Shown here piece after piece: positions 19,741 to 28,809 of a stretch of 64,000 nt of DNA. The first letter of the stretch is position 1. Each line of letters begins with the position of its first letter. Source of the stretch: Candidatus Magasanikiibacteriota bacterium (GTDB lineage: Bacteria; Patescibacteriota; Patescibacteriia; Magasanikbacterales; UBA922). The position numbers and the translations under genes are program-made. The stretch is taken from NCBI GenBank assembly GCA_003482855.1, contig DMXO01000002.1, positions 112,114 to 176,113 of the forward strand, written 5' to 3'. The notes under the pieces are model-generated. The model ran no database searches and was not told the DNA's origin. It worked only from the letters and a program-made list of their open reading frames with translations.

Positions 19741-22700
19741 TTACTTCAATATCTCTCCCTCCTCATATATCTCAGTATCTGGAACAGTAACAATGCGGTC
19801 CCAACGGAAGTCGAGCGAGGTGAAGATGAGCTCGTCTTTGATGAGACGCTTCACTTGCGAGGTTTGATCTTGTGGATTTGGTTCAATTCTATAGATGTGA
19901 GGACTATTTGCGTACTTGATCAAGGTATAATCAGGATGGTGAGTGGTATAGTTTATCTCTTGTGCTGTAGTATATTTATCCAAAAGTTGTGTTGAAATAT
20001 CTTCTATCCAATTCCACGCATAATGAAGAGCTTCAAACACGGCTGGTGAAGTAATCCAATATTTTTGTGTACCCAGAAGCAAATAAATCTTTGGGTCAGA
20101 GACTATTTTGACAATAGCGCCATATTGAGGATTGTACAACGGTCCCTTAGGCATGAAACCTAAAGAGTCATTTGGTACTAAATTAAGCTTGGTTTGTGTG
20201 GTATTGTTGACACTGCTCCATGAGGTAAAGTAGGTTTTGTATGTTGTTTCATCTTTGAACGCGCGTCTGGTGCAGTCTTCGGTAATATAGTAGATTGCAG
20301 AGCTATCCGGTATTTTGTAGGCTTTGCCAATGTCTAACGGACATACGCCTGTCTTTTGTTCAGTTGCTTGGCTCACAAACTCAATAGTATCTGAAACAAT
20401 CTTTGTACCGCCTGCTGTTGTGCGAAATTTTACATAGACTGTTTTTACTCCATTACCAGAAGTTAAAATCCATGATTTTGTTTTGCTATATGGTTCAAAT
20501 GATATATTGGTAAAATCATTTGAGTTAGAAATAGCCATCTGCGTTGCGTCTGGTGAATTTAGATACAATGTAACATTTTGAGAGTTGGTCTTTGACAAAG
20601 CTTTATTGATACTCATTTCTAAATCAACAATAGCAGATAAAGTAAGTTTTACTTGCTTACTGTCTGCTGACGCGAGCCTCACAAACAAATCATCTGTTCC
20701 ATCTTTATTTGTGTCCACCAATTGTTCCTCCCCTGCTTTTAATGTGATGGTAATGGGGTCAGATTGGACTGTGACGGTAACATCACCTACTGCGTCTGGT
20801 GAGCTTGCTGTAATAGTATGTGTAGCATTGCCAACAGAGACGGACGTGGGAGTATGAGGAGATATCGTAATGCTTAACGTAGTCGGTGCACTAGAGACCG
20901 GTGTTGAAGGTGCAGAAGGAACAGCAGAACTACCACCACCTGATGTATCGTTGTCTGTAATGGTTACTGTGACAGAGGCAATAGTAGCGCCATCATAGTC
21001 TGTGTCATCGCTCACTGCAGTATGGGTAATTGTAGAGCTATGTGAGCCATCGACTGTGCTATTGTCTGTAGCAGTTACCGTAACGGTTTGGGTAGTATCC
21101 CAATTGGCAGAGGTAAAGGTAATCGTTGATGGTGACACAGATGCCCCTGTAGTAACTGATGGTGTTATAGTTACATTGGTTGATGGTTTTGTCGTAAGAA
21201 CAACCGTATATGTATCAGTCGTACCACCTTCGGTGACAGCTTGGGTGGATTCAGAAACAGTAACAGCTGGAACAGTAGACAAAATAGCCGACGCGGAACT
21301 GGTCGCGGCCGTGCCCGCGTCCGTACCGTCATCAGGTGTTACTTCAAATTTCAAATATTTGCCCGCGTGGCTAGAACTAACAATTGTAGTGGTAGTAGTG
21401 GCGCCGGCAATAACACTATACACACCACCGGAAGTATCAGCTACCAACCAACGGTAGGTTGAACCGCTTTCCAGGTCATCATCGGTGTCAGTAAAAGTAT
21501 AAGTACCGGTCAACGTCTCACCCACGCGCAAAGTACCGGAAATTACTGCATCAGACGCGGTTGGGGCGGTATTACTTGGTACTGCGGCCAGTACCAAAGT
21601 GGCAGTTTTATTTGGTGAATCAAGCGTAAAATTACTGGTTGATGAGGCACTATATGTGCCGTCTCCGGCAAAACTAACAGTGAACGGATTGCGATTTCCA
21701 TTATCAGTATCAATGCTTGAACTGGTCATGATCCATGACAATAAATAATCTGTGTATGGCGTGTATCCGCCCGCGGTAGAAGTGACAGTCTCACTTTGCG
21801 ATCCGCCAGAGCCGTCAGCAAAAGTCATGCCAATATCTGCAAGGCCACTACTCGTGGAAGTCGCAAGACCTCTCGCTTTGAAATACACATTCACATTGCC
21901 GGTGCTCGCGATTGAGCTTGACGCGGATGTAAATGTGACATTTTTCAAATTATTATCTGTTGTCGCGTCAGAATAAATATCATACGCATCGCTAGAAGAA
22001 AATACTGTGCTTGACACATTATTACTTGCAGACGTGCCGTTAAACCAAATACCATAATACCCATCAGTCGTTGTAACATTTTGAATCGTATTTGAATTGG
22101 AGTTGATGAGTTTGATGTTGGAGTAAACTACAGAAGAACCACCAGAAAGAGTAGGTGGGTTCGTATAACCACCTGCAACACCTGTTATGGGTACACTTGC
22201 ATTTGCCAAAGCATCAGCATTGTATGAATATACACCATTACTTAAAGTAAAAACATCTGATGCCCAAGAATCAACGGCTATTGAACAAATTGACTCCCAT
22301 GCTCCTTCAGTAGAAGCTACACTGTCCGGAACCCACATCATCATTTTTACTCCACCGCTATCAAATAATGCGACGTTTATGTTATCAACTCCAAACTCGT
22401 CATATGAAGTAACATCAGTAGCCGAAGTAAAACTAGTCAGATGCACATCTTGTTGACAACCTGCCCCATCATAGTGCAACAAAACAAAACCACCATAAGC
22501 TGCTGCATCGTATGCCGTTTCACCAATAGCTAATGGTGAGTAAGACATAATATATGGAGATACACCTGTAGAACTCGCGTTCTGCACTACCAAATCTTGA
22601 ATCGTGCTATTATCCGCTGAAGACAGTGTAATGCCATTTTGGCCAGAGCCGGCGCTAATAATCGTATTCACGCCCGAGCCGTCTATGGTCACACTGGAAG

Positions 22701-24180
22701 TAGCAATGGTAAATGGACTGTATGTTCCATTTGACAATGACACTGTGTCTCCAGGTTTTAAACTATTAGTCAGGGCAGTGGACATATCTTCCGCGTAAAT
22801 ATTCGCATAGTCAACCACGCCATCATCGGTAACAACTATTGGAGTGTCTGTTAAACGCGTGCACGCGAAAGCGCCAACGTCATAGTCGCAATATAAGCTA
22901 TGCGGAGCAAGGTGCTGGTCATTTGCTGTGCTTGTATCTCCGGTCTTGAACCATGGTCCCGCGGTCGGCGTCTGATGCCCACCTCCGTTAACAAAAGCAA
23001 TAGTCCCACTCGTAGTTGTATTCAAATCAAGATTATAATAAGCATTATTGGCTATATAAGCAGTAAAATTACCATCAGCCCTTTCAAAATATTCTCCTCC
23101 ACCCATTGATGATCCTGATGAGGAATAAAATAAATTGTTGGTGGAAGTAACAAAAACATCATTATTCGCGCCTGCGGTACGCAAACTTAAGCAAGCAGTA
23201 TAATTTCCATCTTCATCTGATAAAACATTACATGTATTATATTGGTAAGTCAGGCTTATATCAGTAAAAGGCCACGATACACTATTACTATTTCCATAAA
23301 AACCGCGCGTACCAGCTGGAATAGTAAAATAATTACCAGAAACAAGCACATTAGTATGTGTCCCTTGAAAAGCACTGATCATTACACCACCATCTCCACT
23401 GCCAAGCGATGTGTTGAGCGTATTGGAAGTAATTGACATATTAGTTGATGTACCAAACTGTATGGCATCACCACCAAAGTCTGTCCAATATAGAGTATTG
23501 GAAGTAATAAGAGCATTATTAGTTGTTGGCAAGTCAATAATACCTCTGTTTGACATATCTACATACCGACTGTATATTTCATTATTTTGTATAGTCAAAT
23601 TATCCATGGTCATGGTTCCACTGTAACCGATTTGCTTCATGCCCGTATTATTGCTAATAGTCCAGCCTGTCACGCTGTTTAGCAAAAAAATAGTGGTCGT
23701 GGCCGTACTCGTCACTGATGTATTTCCAGTGATGAGCACATTATCCGAACCACCAAAAGCAGTGGTTATCATTACATTATTAAGCTGGCAATTTTGCAAT
23801 GTGGAACTATTGGATAATTTAATAGCGCTTGTAAAATTATCATAATTACCTGCAAAAGTAGTTGAAGCAATGGTTGCTTCATTGTGACAATCTATTGTTA
23901 TACTTGAGGTTGGAACAGTAATCGGATAATTCTCGCCAGTTGGATCATAATCTGAATAAACCCGAATGGTATCACCTTCCACTGATGCAGCTAATGCCGC
24001 GGCTATGGTCTGGTATGTGTGACTGGCTCCTACTTCAAGAGTACCCACAGCCTCAACATTTTGTGTATCATACAACTGCGGAATCAAAACACTCAAAATC
24101 GCCAAACTAAAAACAATAAGACCAAGCCAAACATTTTTTATAGCTATATAAAAAATTTTGCCTTTGATAGTGAGAGACAT
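19741..24180 (-). CDS. giant secreted protein with right-handed parallel beta-helix (pectate-lyase-like PbH1) repeats
   Basis: 1479 aa; N-terminal signal/TM (VWLGLIVFSLAILSVLIP); many ...ITSNTL.../NNxI.. beta-helix-type repeats; Ser/Thr/Pro-rich linker; C-terminal ~330 aa domain of unknown type; no LPXTG or C-terminal TM. Confidence 0.75.
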   Translation of the reverse strand: MSLTIKGKIFYIAIKNVWLGLIVFSLAILSVLIPQLYDTQNVEAVGTLEVGASHTYQTIAAALAASVEGDTIRVYSDYDPTGENYPITVPTSSITIDCHNEATIASTTFAGNYDNFTSAIKLSNSSTLQNCQLNNVMITTAFGGSDNVLITGNTSVTSTATTTIFLLNSVTGWTISNNTGMKQIGYSGTMTMDNLTIQNNEIYSRYVDMSNRGIIDLPTTNNALITSNTLYWTDFGGDAIQFGTSTNMSITSNTLNTSLGSGDGGVMISAFQGTHTNVLVSGNYFTIPAGTRGFYGNSNSVSWPFTDISLTYQYNTCNVLSDEDGNYTACLSLRTAGANNDVFVTSTNNLFYSSSGSSMGGGEYFERADGNFTAYIANNAYYNLDLNTTTSGTIAFVNGGGHQTPTAGPWFKTGDTSTANDQHLAPHSLYCDYDVGAFACTRLTDTPIVVTDDGVVDYANIYAEDMSTALTNSLKPGDTVSLSNGTYSPFTIATSSVTIDGSGVNTIISAGSGQNGITLSSADNSTIQDLVVQNASSTGVSPYIMSYSPLAIGETAYDAAAYGGFVLLHYDGAGCQQDVHLTSFTSATDVTSYDEFGVDNINVALFDSGGVKMMMWVPDSVASTEGAWESICSIAVDSWASDVFTLSNGVYSYNADALANASVPITGVAGGYTNPPTLSGGSSVVYSNIKLINSNSNTIQNVTTTDGYYGIWFNGTSASNNVSSTVFSSSDAYDIYSDATTDNNLKNVTFTSASSSIASTGNVNVYFKARGLATSTSSGLADIGMTFADGSGGSQSETVTSTAGGYTPYTDYLLSWIMTSSSIDTDNGNRNPFTVSFAGDGTYSASSTSNFTLDSPNKTATLVLAAVPSNTAPTASDAVISGTLRVGETLTGTYTFTDTDDDLESGSTYRWLVADTSGGVYSVIAGATTTTTIVSSSHAGKYLKFEVTPDDGTDAGTAATSSASAILSTVPAVTVSESTQAVTEGGTTDTYTVVLTTKPSTNVTITPSVTTGASVSPSTITFTSANWDTTQTVTVTATDNSTVDGSHSSTITHTAVSDDTDYDGATIASVTVTITDNDTSGGGSSAVPSAPSTPVSSAPTTLSITISPHTPTSVSVGNATHTITASSPDAVGDVTVTVQSDPITITLKAGEEQLVDTNKDGTDDLFVRLASADSKQVKLTLSAIVDLEMSINKALSKTNSQNVTLYLNSPDATQMAISNSNDFTNISFEPYSKTKSWILTSGNGVKTVYVKFRTTAGGTKIVSDTIEFVSQATEQKTGVCPLDIGKAYKIPDSSAIYYITEDCTRRAFKDETTYKTYFTSWSSVNNTTQTKLNLVPNDSLGFMPKGPLYNPQYGAIVKIVSDPKIYLLLGTQKYWITSPAVFEALHYAWNWIEDISTQLLDKYTTAQEINYTTHHPDYTLIKYANSPHIYRIEPNPQDQTSQVKRLIKDELIFTSLDFRWDRIVTVPDTEIYEEGEILK

Positions 24181-24320
24181 AATGATAATGATAATACAAA
24201 AAACTTTATATATAGTATACCATAAAAAGCAAGTAATACGTATATCAGATACAAAACTGTGGATAATCTTTGCCTGAATTTAGACAACCATTCATCCCCG
24301 CACTCCGGCCAACGTAAGAA

Positions 24321-24354
24321 CTACAACAAAAAACCAACGATTAGATGACGTTGG
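24321..24354 (-). terminator. rho-independent terminator downstream of small ORF 24382..24666
   Basis: ccaacg-tcatctaat-cgttgg followed by UUUUUUG on minus strand. Confidence 0.55.
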
Positions 24355-24375
24355 CATTCTTGTGGGGTTTCCTAG

Positions 24376-24571
24376 TGTTTTTTATATAGCAGTGCCATCC
24401 TTCCAGTCCTTCTGTGATCTTTTAGTCTGTTCTTCAGTCAAATCAATAGTTGTATGTTGTACATTTCCATCACCTCTACCAGACTCAAACCCTGGAAAAC
24501 CTCTACGTTCTTTCTTCGCTTCATCAGAGAGAGTAAGTGTATCACGTCTTTCTTCAACAAAGGGTCTATCA
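24376..24571 (-). repeat. direct repeat copy 2 (matches 13513-13713); lies inside small ORF 24382..24666
   Basis: ~90% nucleotide identity with copy 1; differences include an in-frame 3-nt indel and substitutions of which about half are synonymous in the minus-strand frame. Confidence 0.7.
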
Positions 24572-24666
24572 GCTTTTGGCATATATTTCCGAACATCTCT
24601 TATGGGGCTGACAGGACTAACACGCCTATCTCCAGGTCCTGGTCCTGGTCCTTTAATTTCACTCAT
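24382..24666 (-). CDS. small hypothetical protein (94 aa) with GPGPGPG and RGD motifs; paralogous fragment at 13513-13713
   Basis: MSEIKGPGPGPGDRRVSPVS...ESGRGDGNVQH...; own terminator; conserved in the second copy with frame-preserving indel. Confidence 0.5.
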   Translation of the reverse strand: MSEIKGPGPGPGDRRVSPVSPIRDVRKYMPKADRPFVEERRDTLTLSDEAKKERRGFPGFESGRGDGNVQHTTIDLTEEQTKRSQKDWKDGTAI

Positions 24667-24678
24667 ATATTTGAGAAA

Positions 24679-25959
24679 TTAAGATAATGTTTTTTTAAGT
24701 CCCTGTGCTACACGCTCAATTGCTTTGACAAATGCTGCTGTTCGCATATCAATTCCATATTTTTCTTTAGTATCCCACACTTCGTTGAATGCATCAACCA
24801 TAATCTTTTCTAATTTTTGCAATACATCTACCTCTGTCCAGTGTTCACCTTTGACATTTTGATCCCATTCAAAATAACTCACCGTCACCCCACCAGCATT
24901 GGCCAAGACGTCAGGCACAATAATAATACCCTTTTCCTTCAAAATTTCATCAGCTTCAGGAGTTGTTGGACCATTGGCAAGTTCTACAATAGCTCTTGCT
25001 TTGATATTTCCTGCATTTTCTGCAGTAATTTGGTTTTCGAGAGCGGCAGGTACCAAAATATCTACGTCAAGCTCAAGCAGATCTTCGTTGGTAATATGTT
25101 TGCATGGTCCTTCATGGGGGACTTCACTCAGTGAACACGCATTACCCAGACAATAGCATGCAAGTGGGCTACCTGTCTTTTTTATCTCCTCTACTTTGTC
25201 AGGATCAAGACCATGTTCATCATAAAATACACCACCCTGTGAATCACTCACTGCAACAATTTTATATCCCATGTTATATAGTAATTTTGCCATAAAGCTC
25301 CCTGCATTGCCAAAACCCTGAATGGCAACTGTTGTCTCTTCAGGCTTCATATTCATTTTTTTTGCAAGTTCGCGCACACAATAGACACCGCCCTGAGCTG
25401 TAGAAAATCCTCGTCCTTCAGAGCCGCCTTGTTCTATAGGTTTGCCGGTAATGACCCCGGGGTCAGCATGCCCAACCAATTTTTCATATTCATCACGCAT
25501 CCATGCCATAATTTGTGGTGTGGTGTACACATCTGGTGCAGGCACATCTTTATCAGAACCAATATCACGCCAAATCTTTTGGATATATGTGCGAGACATG
25601 CGTTCAAGCTCACCTATTGATAACTCTTTTGGATTTACAATAATGCCACCCTTTCCTCCGCCCATAGGAATATTGACTGTCGCACATTTCACCATCATCC
25701 AAAAAGATAATGCTTTGACTTCATCAAGCGTTACATTCCAATGATAGCGAATACCGCCTTTGTAAGGGCCAAGTGTATTATTATATTGAGAACGATAACC
25801 AGTGAATATTTTTATTTCTCCATTATCCATCTTGACCGGTATAGAGACAGTCAACACACGCTCCGGCTGTTTCAAGACTTCATGAACATCCTTATCAAGG
25901 TTCATTATTTTGGCCGCTTTATTGAGTTGAGACATGGCGTTTTCAAACGGGTTTGACAT
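24679..25959 (-). CDS. gdhA: glutamate dehydrogenase (Glu/Leu/Phe/Val dehydrogenase family)
   Basis: NIPMGGGKGGI catalytic Lys motif; GFGNAGS Rossmann motif; 426 aa. Confidence 0.9.
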   Translation of the reverse strand: MSNPFENAMSQLNKAAKIMNLDKDVHEVLKQPERVLTVSIPVKMDNGEIKIFTGYRSQYNNTLGPYKGGIRYHWNVTLDEVKALSFWMMVKCATVNIPMGGGKGGIIVNPKELSIGELERMSRTYIQKIWRDIGSDKDVPAPDVYTTPQIMAWMRDEYEKLVGHADPGVITGKPIEQGGSEGRGFSTAQGGVYCVRELAKKMNMKPEETTVAIQGFGNAGSFMAKLLYNMGYKIVAVSDSQGGVFYDEHGLDPDKVEEIKKTGSPLACYCLGNACSLSEVPHEGPCKHITNEDLLELDVDILVPAALENQITAENAGNIKARAIVELANGPTTPEADEILKEKGIIIVPDVLANAGGVTVSYFEWDQNVKGEHWTEVDVLQKLEKIMVDAFNEVWDTKEKYGIDMRTAAFVKAIERVAQGLKKTLS

Positions 25960-26050
25960 ATATACAAGTTCAAAATTTAAAAATTAAAACTCAAAGTTGC
26001 CTTTATAGTGTACGCCGCTTTTTATAGCTTTGCAAGAGGTGGACAAATAC

Positions 26051-26079
26051 TTGACAAAAACCTTATTTTATGCTATAAT
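26051..26079 (+). promoter_or_regulatory. near-consensus sigma70-type promoter
   Basis: TTGACA (26051-26056) - 17 nt - TATAAT (26074-26079), ~48 nt upstream of ATG at 26127. Confidence 0.55.
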
Positions 26080-26126
26080 TTTTTAATATTTTTAATATAA
26101 ATCATTTATTTTAATTTTTCATTTAT

Positions 26127-26417
26127 ATGGTAAAATCCTTAAAAACATTGGTGGCCATAACTGTCTTATTTTCACTCTCTCTTGTATTACTTCCCCAAAA
26201 GACAAGCGCGGCTATAGACATGGAACGTATGTATTTTCCACATGCTGAAAATGCACAATCATTCTATCCAAGTAAATATATCGCAGGTGTTGCAAAAATT
26301 CAAACAGACACAGATATGGATGATTACAGCGGTGATGTAGTGGCTCCACATATAAACAATACTTTTATAAATATACATCCTACAATCACACGATTTGTCT
26401 GTACCATCTGCAAATAA
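26127..26417 (+). CDS. small secreted protein (96 aa, hypothetical)
   Basis: N-terminal signal peptide MVKSLKTLVAITVLFSLSLVLLPQKTSAA; consensus promoter upstream, terminator downstream. Confidence 0.5.
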   Translation: MVKSLKTLVAITVLFSLSLVLLPQKTSAAIDMERMYFPHAENAQSFYPSKYIAGVAKIQTDTDMDDYSGDVVAPHINNTFINIHPTITRFVCTICK

Positions 26418-26423
26418 CCAACA

Positions 26424-26460
26424 TATAAAAATATCCCGATTCAGTCGGGATATTTTTATT
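26424..26460. terminator. bidirectional rho-independent terminator between convergent genes
   Basis: aaaa-atatcccga-ttcag-tcgggatat-ttttatt. Confidence 0.6.
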
Positions 26461-26474
26461 ATACGTTTAGAACA

Positions 26475-27455
26475 TTACATTTCCAATTTCTTATTTCCAC
26501 GCCGCCTCACAATCCTGACAATCACCCACACCACAAGTATAATTACCAACCACAGCGGAATATACACCACAATCCAAATCACAAAATTGACAAACCCTTG
26601 TCCCACATCTACCAAAGAGCGGAATGCCTCTTTTACCTGGGCCCACGGCTTCCATTGATCTTCATCATCCCATGCAGGCAATACCTCTGGATTCGTAGAC
26701 AAATATATAGTCAATGTAGACAAATCAGCACTCTGACGCAAATACTTCATACGCCCTTCAATACGATCAATCTCCCCGCGAACCCATGAGAGTTCACGTT
26801 GTACAGCTAGGACATCTTCAATTGCTACAGCTCGTTTCATAATTTCCAAAAATTGATTTTCTGTTGCGCGCAAATTTTTGATTTGAGCATCAAGATCTAC
26901 ATATTCCTCAGTCACATCCTGACCATACATTGCTTGGCTCGTCACTTCACCATATGATTTCACCTGCTCGATACTTTCATCAAAAGATGCCACAGGTATA
27001 CGGATCGTGATATTGCCATACAATGTAAGACCTGACTTACTTATATCACTCGAAACTACAAAACCACCTTTCTCCAAGGTATAACTATTTATTTTTTGTA
27101 TTGCTTCACGCACATTGTCCACAACAAGAGACATATTTCCTGTCTTCACAATAAGCCTGTCCTGAGTTGGTGTAGCATCAGAATCAGCTGTCCCAGAACT
27201 AGGAACATTTTGTGCTGAAGGAGACGATGGCTCAGCATTTCGTACCATCTTGGCTGAATCTCGAGCTGCCATACCAGCTGACTCACTTACCACAGCGAGA
27301 CCAAACTGATCATCCATTGCGTATCCTTCTTCATAATCATATGAACCAGCTGTCTCATATACTTCGTTATTAACAAATTTGTATCCCAATACAACAAGCA
27401 CTAGGACGAGTATGGATGCACCAATACCCAAACCCCATTTGAGACCTTTTGACAT
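26475..27455 (-). CDS. membrane protein with N- and C-terminal TM helices (DUF4349-like architecture; hypothetical)
   Basis: 326 aa; TM at res ~8-30 and ~290-315, long extracytoplasmic middle region. Confidence 0.5.
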   Translation of the reverse strand: MSKGLKWGLGIGASILVLVLVVLGYKFVNNEVYETAGSYDYEEGYAMDDQFGLAVVSESAGMAARDSAKMVRNAEPSSPSAQNVPSSGTADSDATPTQDRLIVKTGNMSLVVDNVREAIQKINSYTLEKGGFVVSSDISKSGLTLYGNITIRIPVASFDESIEQVKSYGEVTSQAMYGQDVTEEYVDLDAQIKNLRATENQFLEIMKRAVAIEDVLAVQRELSWVRGEIDRIEGRMKYLRQSADLSTLTIYLSTNPEVLPAWDDEDQWKPWAQVKEAFRSLVDVGQGFVNFVIWIVVYIPLWLVIILVVWVIVRIVRRRGNKKLEM

Positions 27456-27530
27456 AAGATATAATTAAAAATTAAAAACAAAAATTATCTATGAATAATA
27501 TAACATAAAAATAAAATATATGAAAGAGAA

Positions 27531-27573
27531 TTGTTAAATTGCTGTGAATTTTAACAGTTTAGCAATTTAACAA
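27531..27573. promoter_or_regulatory. perfect 13-bp palindrome (operator-like) upstream of gene 26475..27455
   Basis: TTGTTAAATTGCT-N17-AGCAATTTAACAA. Confidence 0.4.
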
Positions 27574-27577
27574 TAGA

Positions 27578-27610
27578 ATAATAAAAACAATCCTGACTGA
27601 GTCGGGATTG
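27578..27610 (-). terminator. rho-independent terminator after trxA
   Basis: minus strand: caatcccga-ctcag-tcaggattg followed by UUUUUAUU. Confidence 0.5.
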
Positions 27611-27643
27611 CTTCAAAGTATAGTACTTGGTTAAATTGTTGAA

Positions 27644-27967
27644 TTAAAGATGTTTATCAAGCATGGCTTTCAACTTTTCTTTGGGTACGCCACCAACCAT
27701 CTGGTCAACTACTTGTCCACCCTTAAATACGAGAAATGTAGGTATACTCATGACACGATATTGTCCGGCAACAGTACCATTGTCATCTACATTAAGTTTA
27801 CCAATTTTTGCTTTTGTCATTTCATATTCCCCTGCCAATTCTTCTATCACCGGGCCCATCATCTGACAAGGACCACACCAAGGCGCCCAAAAATCAACAA
27901 GTACAGGGACATCTGACTTGAGTACCTCTGCTTCAAAATTTGCATCGGTAAGAGTAATTTCTGACAT
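27644..27967 (-). CDS. trxA: thioredoxin
   Basis: [13 protein letters not shown] active site; 107 aa. Confidence 0.9.
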   Translation of the reverse strand: MSEITLTDANFEAEVLKSDVPVLVDFWAPWCGPCQMMGPVIEELAGEYEMTKAKIGKLNVDDNGTVAGQYRVMSIPTFLVFKGGQVVDQMVGGVPKEKLKAMLDKHL

Positions 27968-28002
27968 ATAACTATAGTTTAATAATTATTGTAGTAACAA
28001 AT

Positions 28003-28803
28003 TTAATTTTGTGCCTGTTTTGGTTCTTTCTCATCCTGACCAACACCATTTGAATCTTGCGGATTATTTTCATGATCTTCTGGTTGTGCACTTTCGTCTT
28101 CACCACTACCAGCTCTTTTATTTTTATTTTCGCCATACAAAAATAAAATAGTATTGTATGGTTCCTTTTCTCCATATACGAGAGAAAACCCTTTATCATC
28201 TAAATATTGAAAGCGTAAATTCAAATTGAAATGTTCACTCTGCCCAGGAGCAATATTGATGGTCTTCGTTGCCAATTGTCGTATATCAGCCTCACGGCTT
28301 TTGGGAATTACAAAGGTTGTTGCTTTTTCAAAATCTTGAATATGACCGAGTTTTGCCGCATCAAATCCAGGCCCTTTGCCCTCATCACCTGCTGAATCGA
28401 TATTTTCGACAAGATATACATCATTGGCACCAAAGCGTCTCAAAAGCAATGCAAATGTCGCAATGATCTCACTGTGTACATGTGTATATTCCAGTTGCTG
28501 TTTTATTTCCAATTCAGCGTGTTCTGGATCATCGAGATGAGCTTCTACATCATGCGCCTTTGCCTGCTCTGCATCGGCCAATTTGCTCAATTTGGTTGCT
28601 TCACTATCGATATAACTTCTCCCTTTGAGAGGTACTACATTGGCCCATGCGTCTGGTGTATCATATAGCTTCGCCTGCAATTGTCCTCTCATATCCCGAC
28701 GCATAAGCATCTCATTGTCTTGGTATTGAGAGGGTTCCTGTCCTCCGTCAATAACTTTCAAATGTTCTCTGCCTTCACGAGAAGGACCATTCTCTGGAGT
28801 CAT
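28003..28803 (-). CDS. hypothetical protein (266 aa, acidic)
   Basis: long ORF downstream of infB in same orientation; no recognisable motif. Confidence 0.45.
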   Translation of the reverse strand: MTPENGPSREGREHLKVIDGGQEPSQYQDNEMLMRRDMRGQLQAKLYDTPDAWANVVPLKGRSYIDSEATKLSKLADAEQAKAHDVEAHLDDPEHAELEIKQQLEYTHVHSEIIATFALLLRRFGANDVYLVENIDSAGDEGKGPGFDAAKLGHIQDFEKATTFVIPKSREADIRQLATKTINIAPGQSEHFNLNLRFQYLDDKGFSLVYGEKEPYNTILFLYGENKNKRAGSGEDESAQPEDHENNPQDSNGVGQDEKEPKQAQN

Positions 28804-28809
28804 AATACT

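Noticed and set aside
24626-24650. ggtcct x4 hexamer repeat
   Set aside because: It encodes the GPGPGPG stretch of the small ORF. It is a single short run, not a VNTR or CRISPR-like array.
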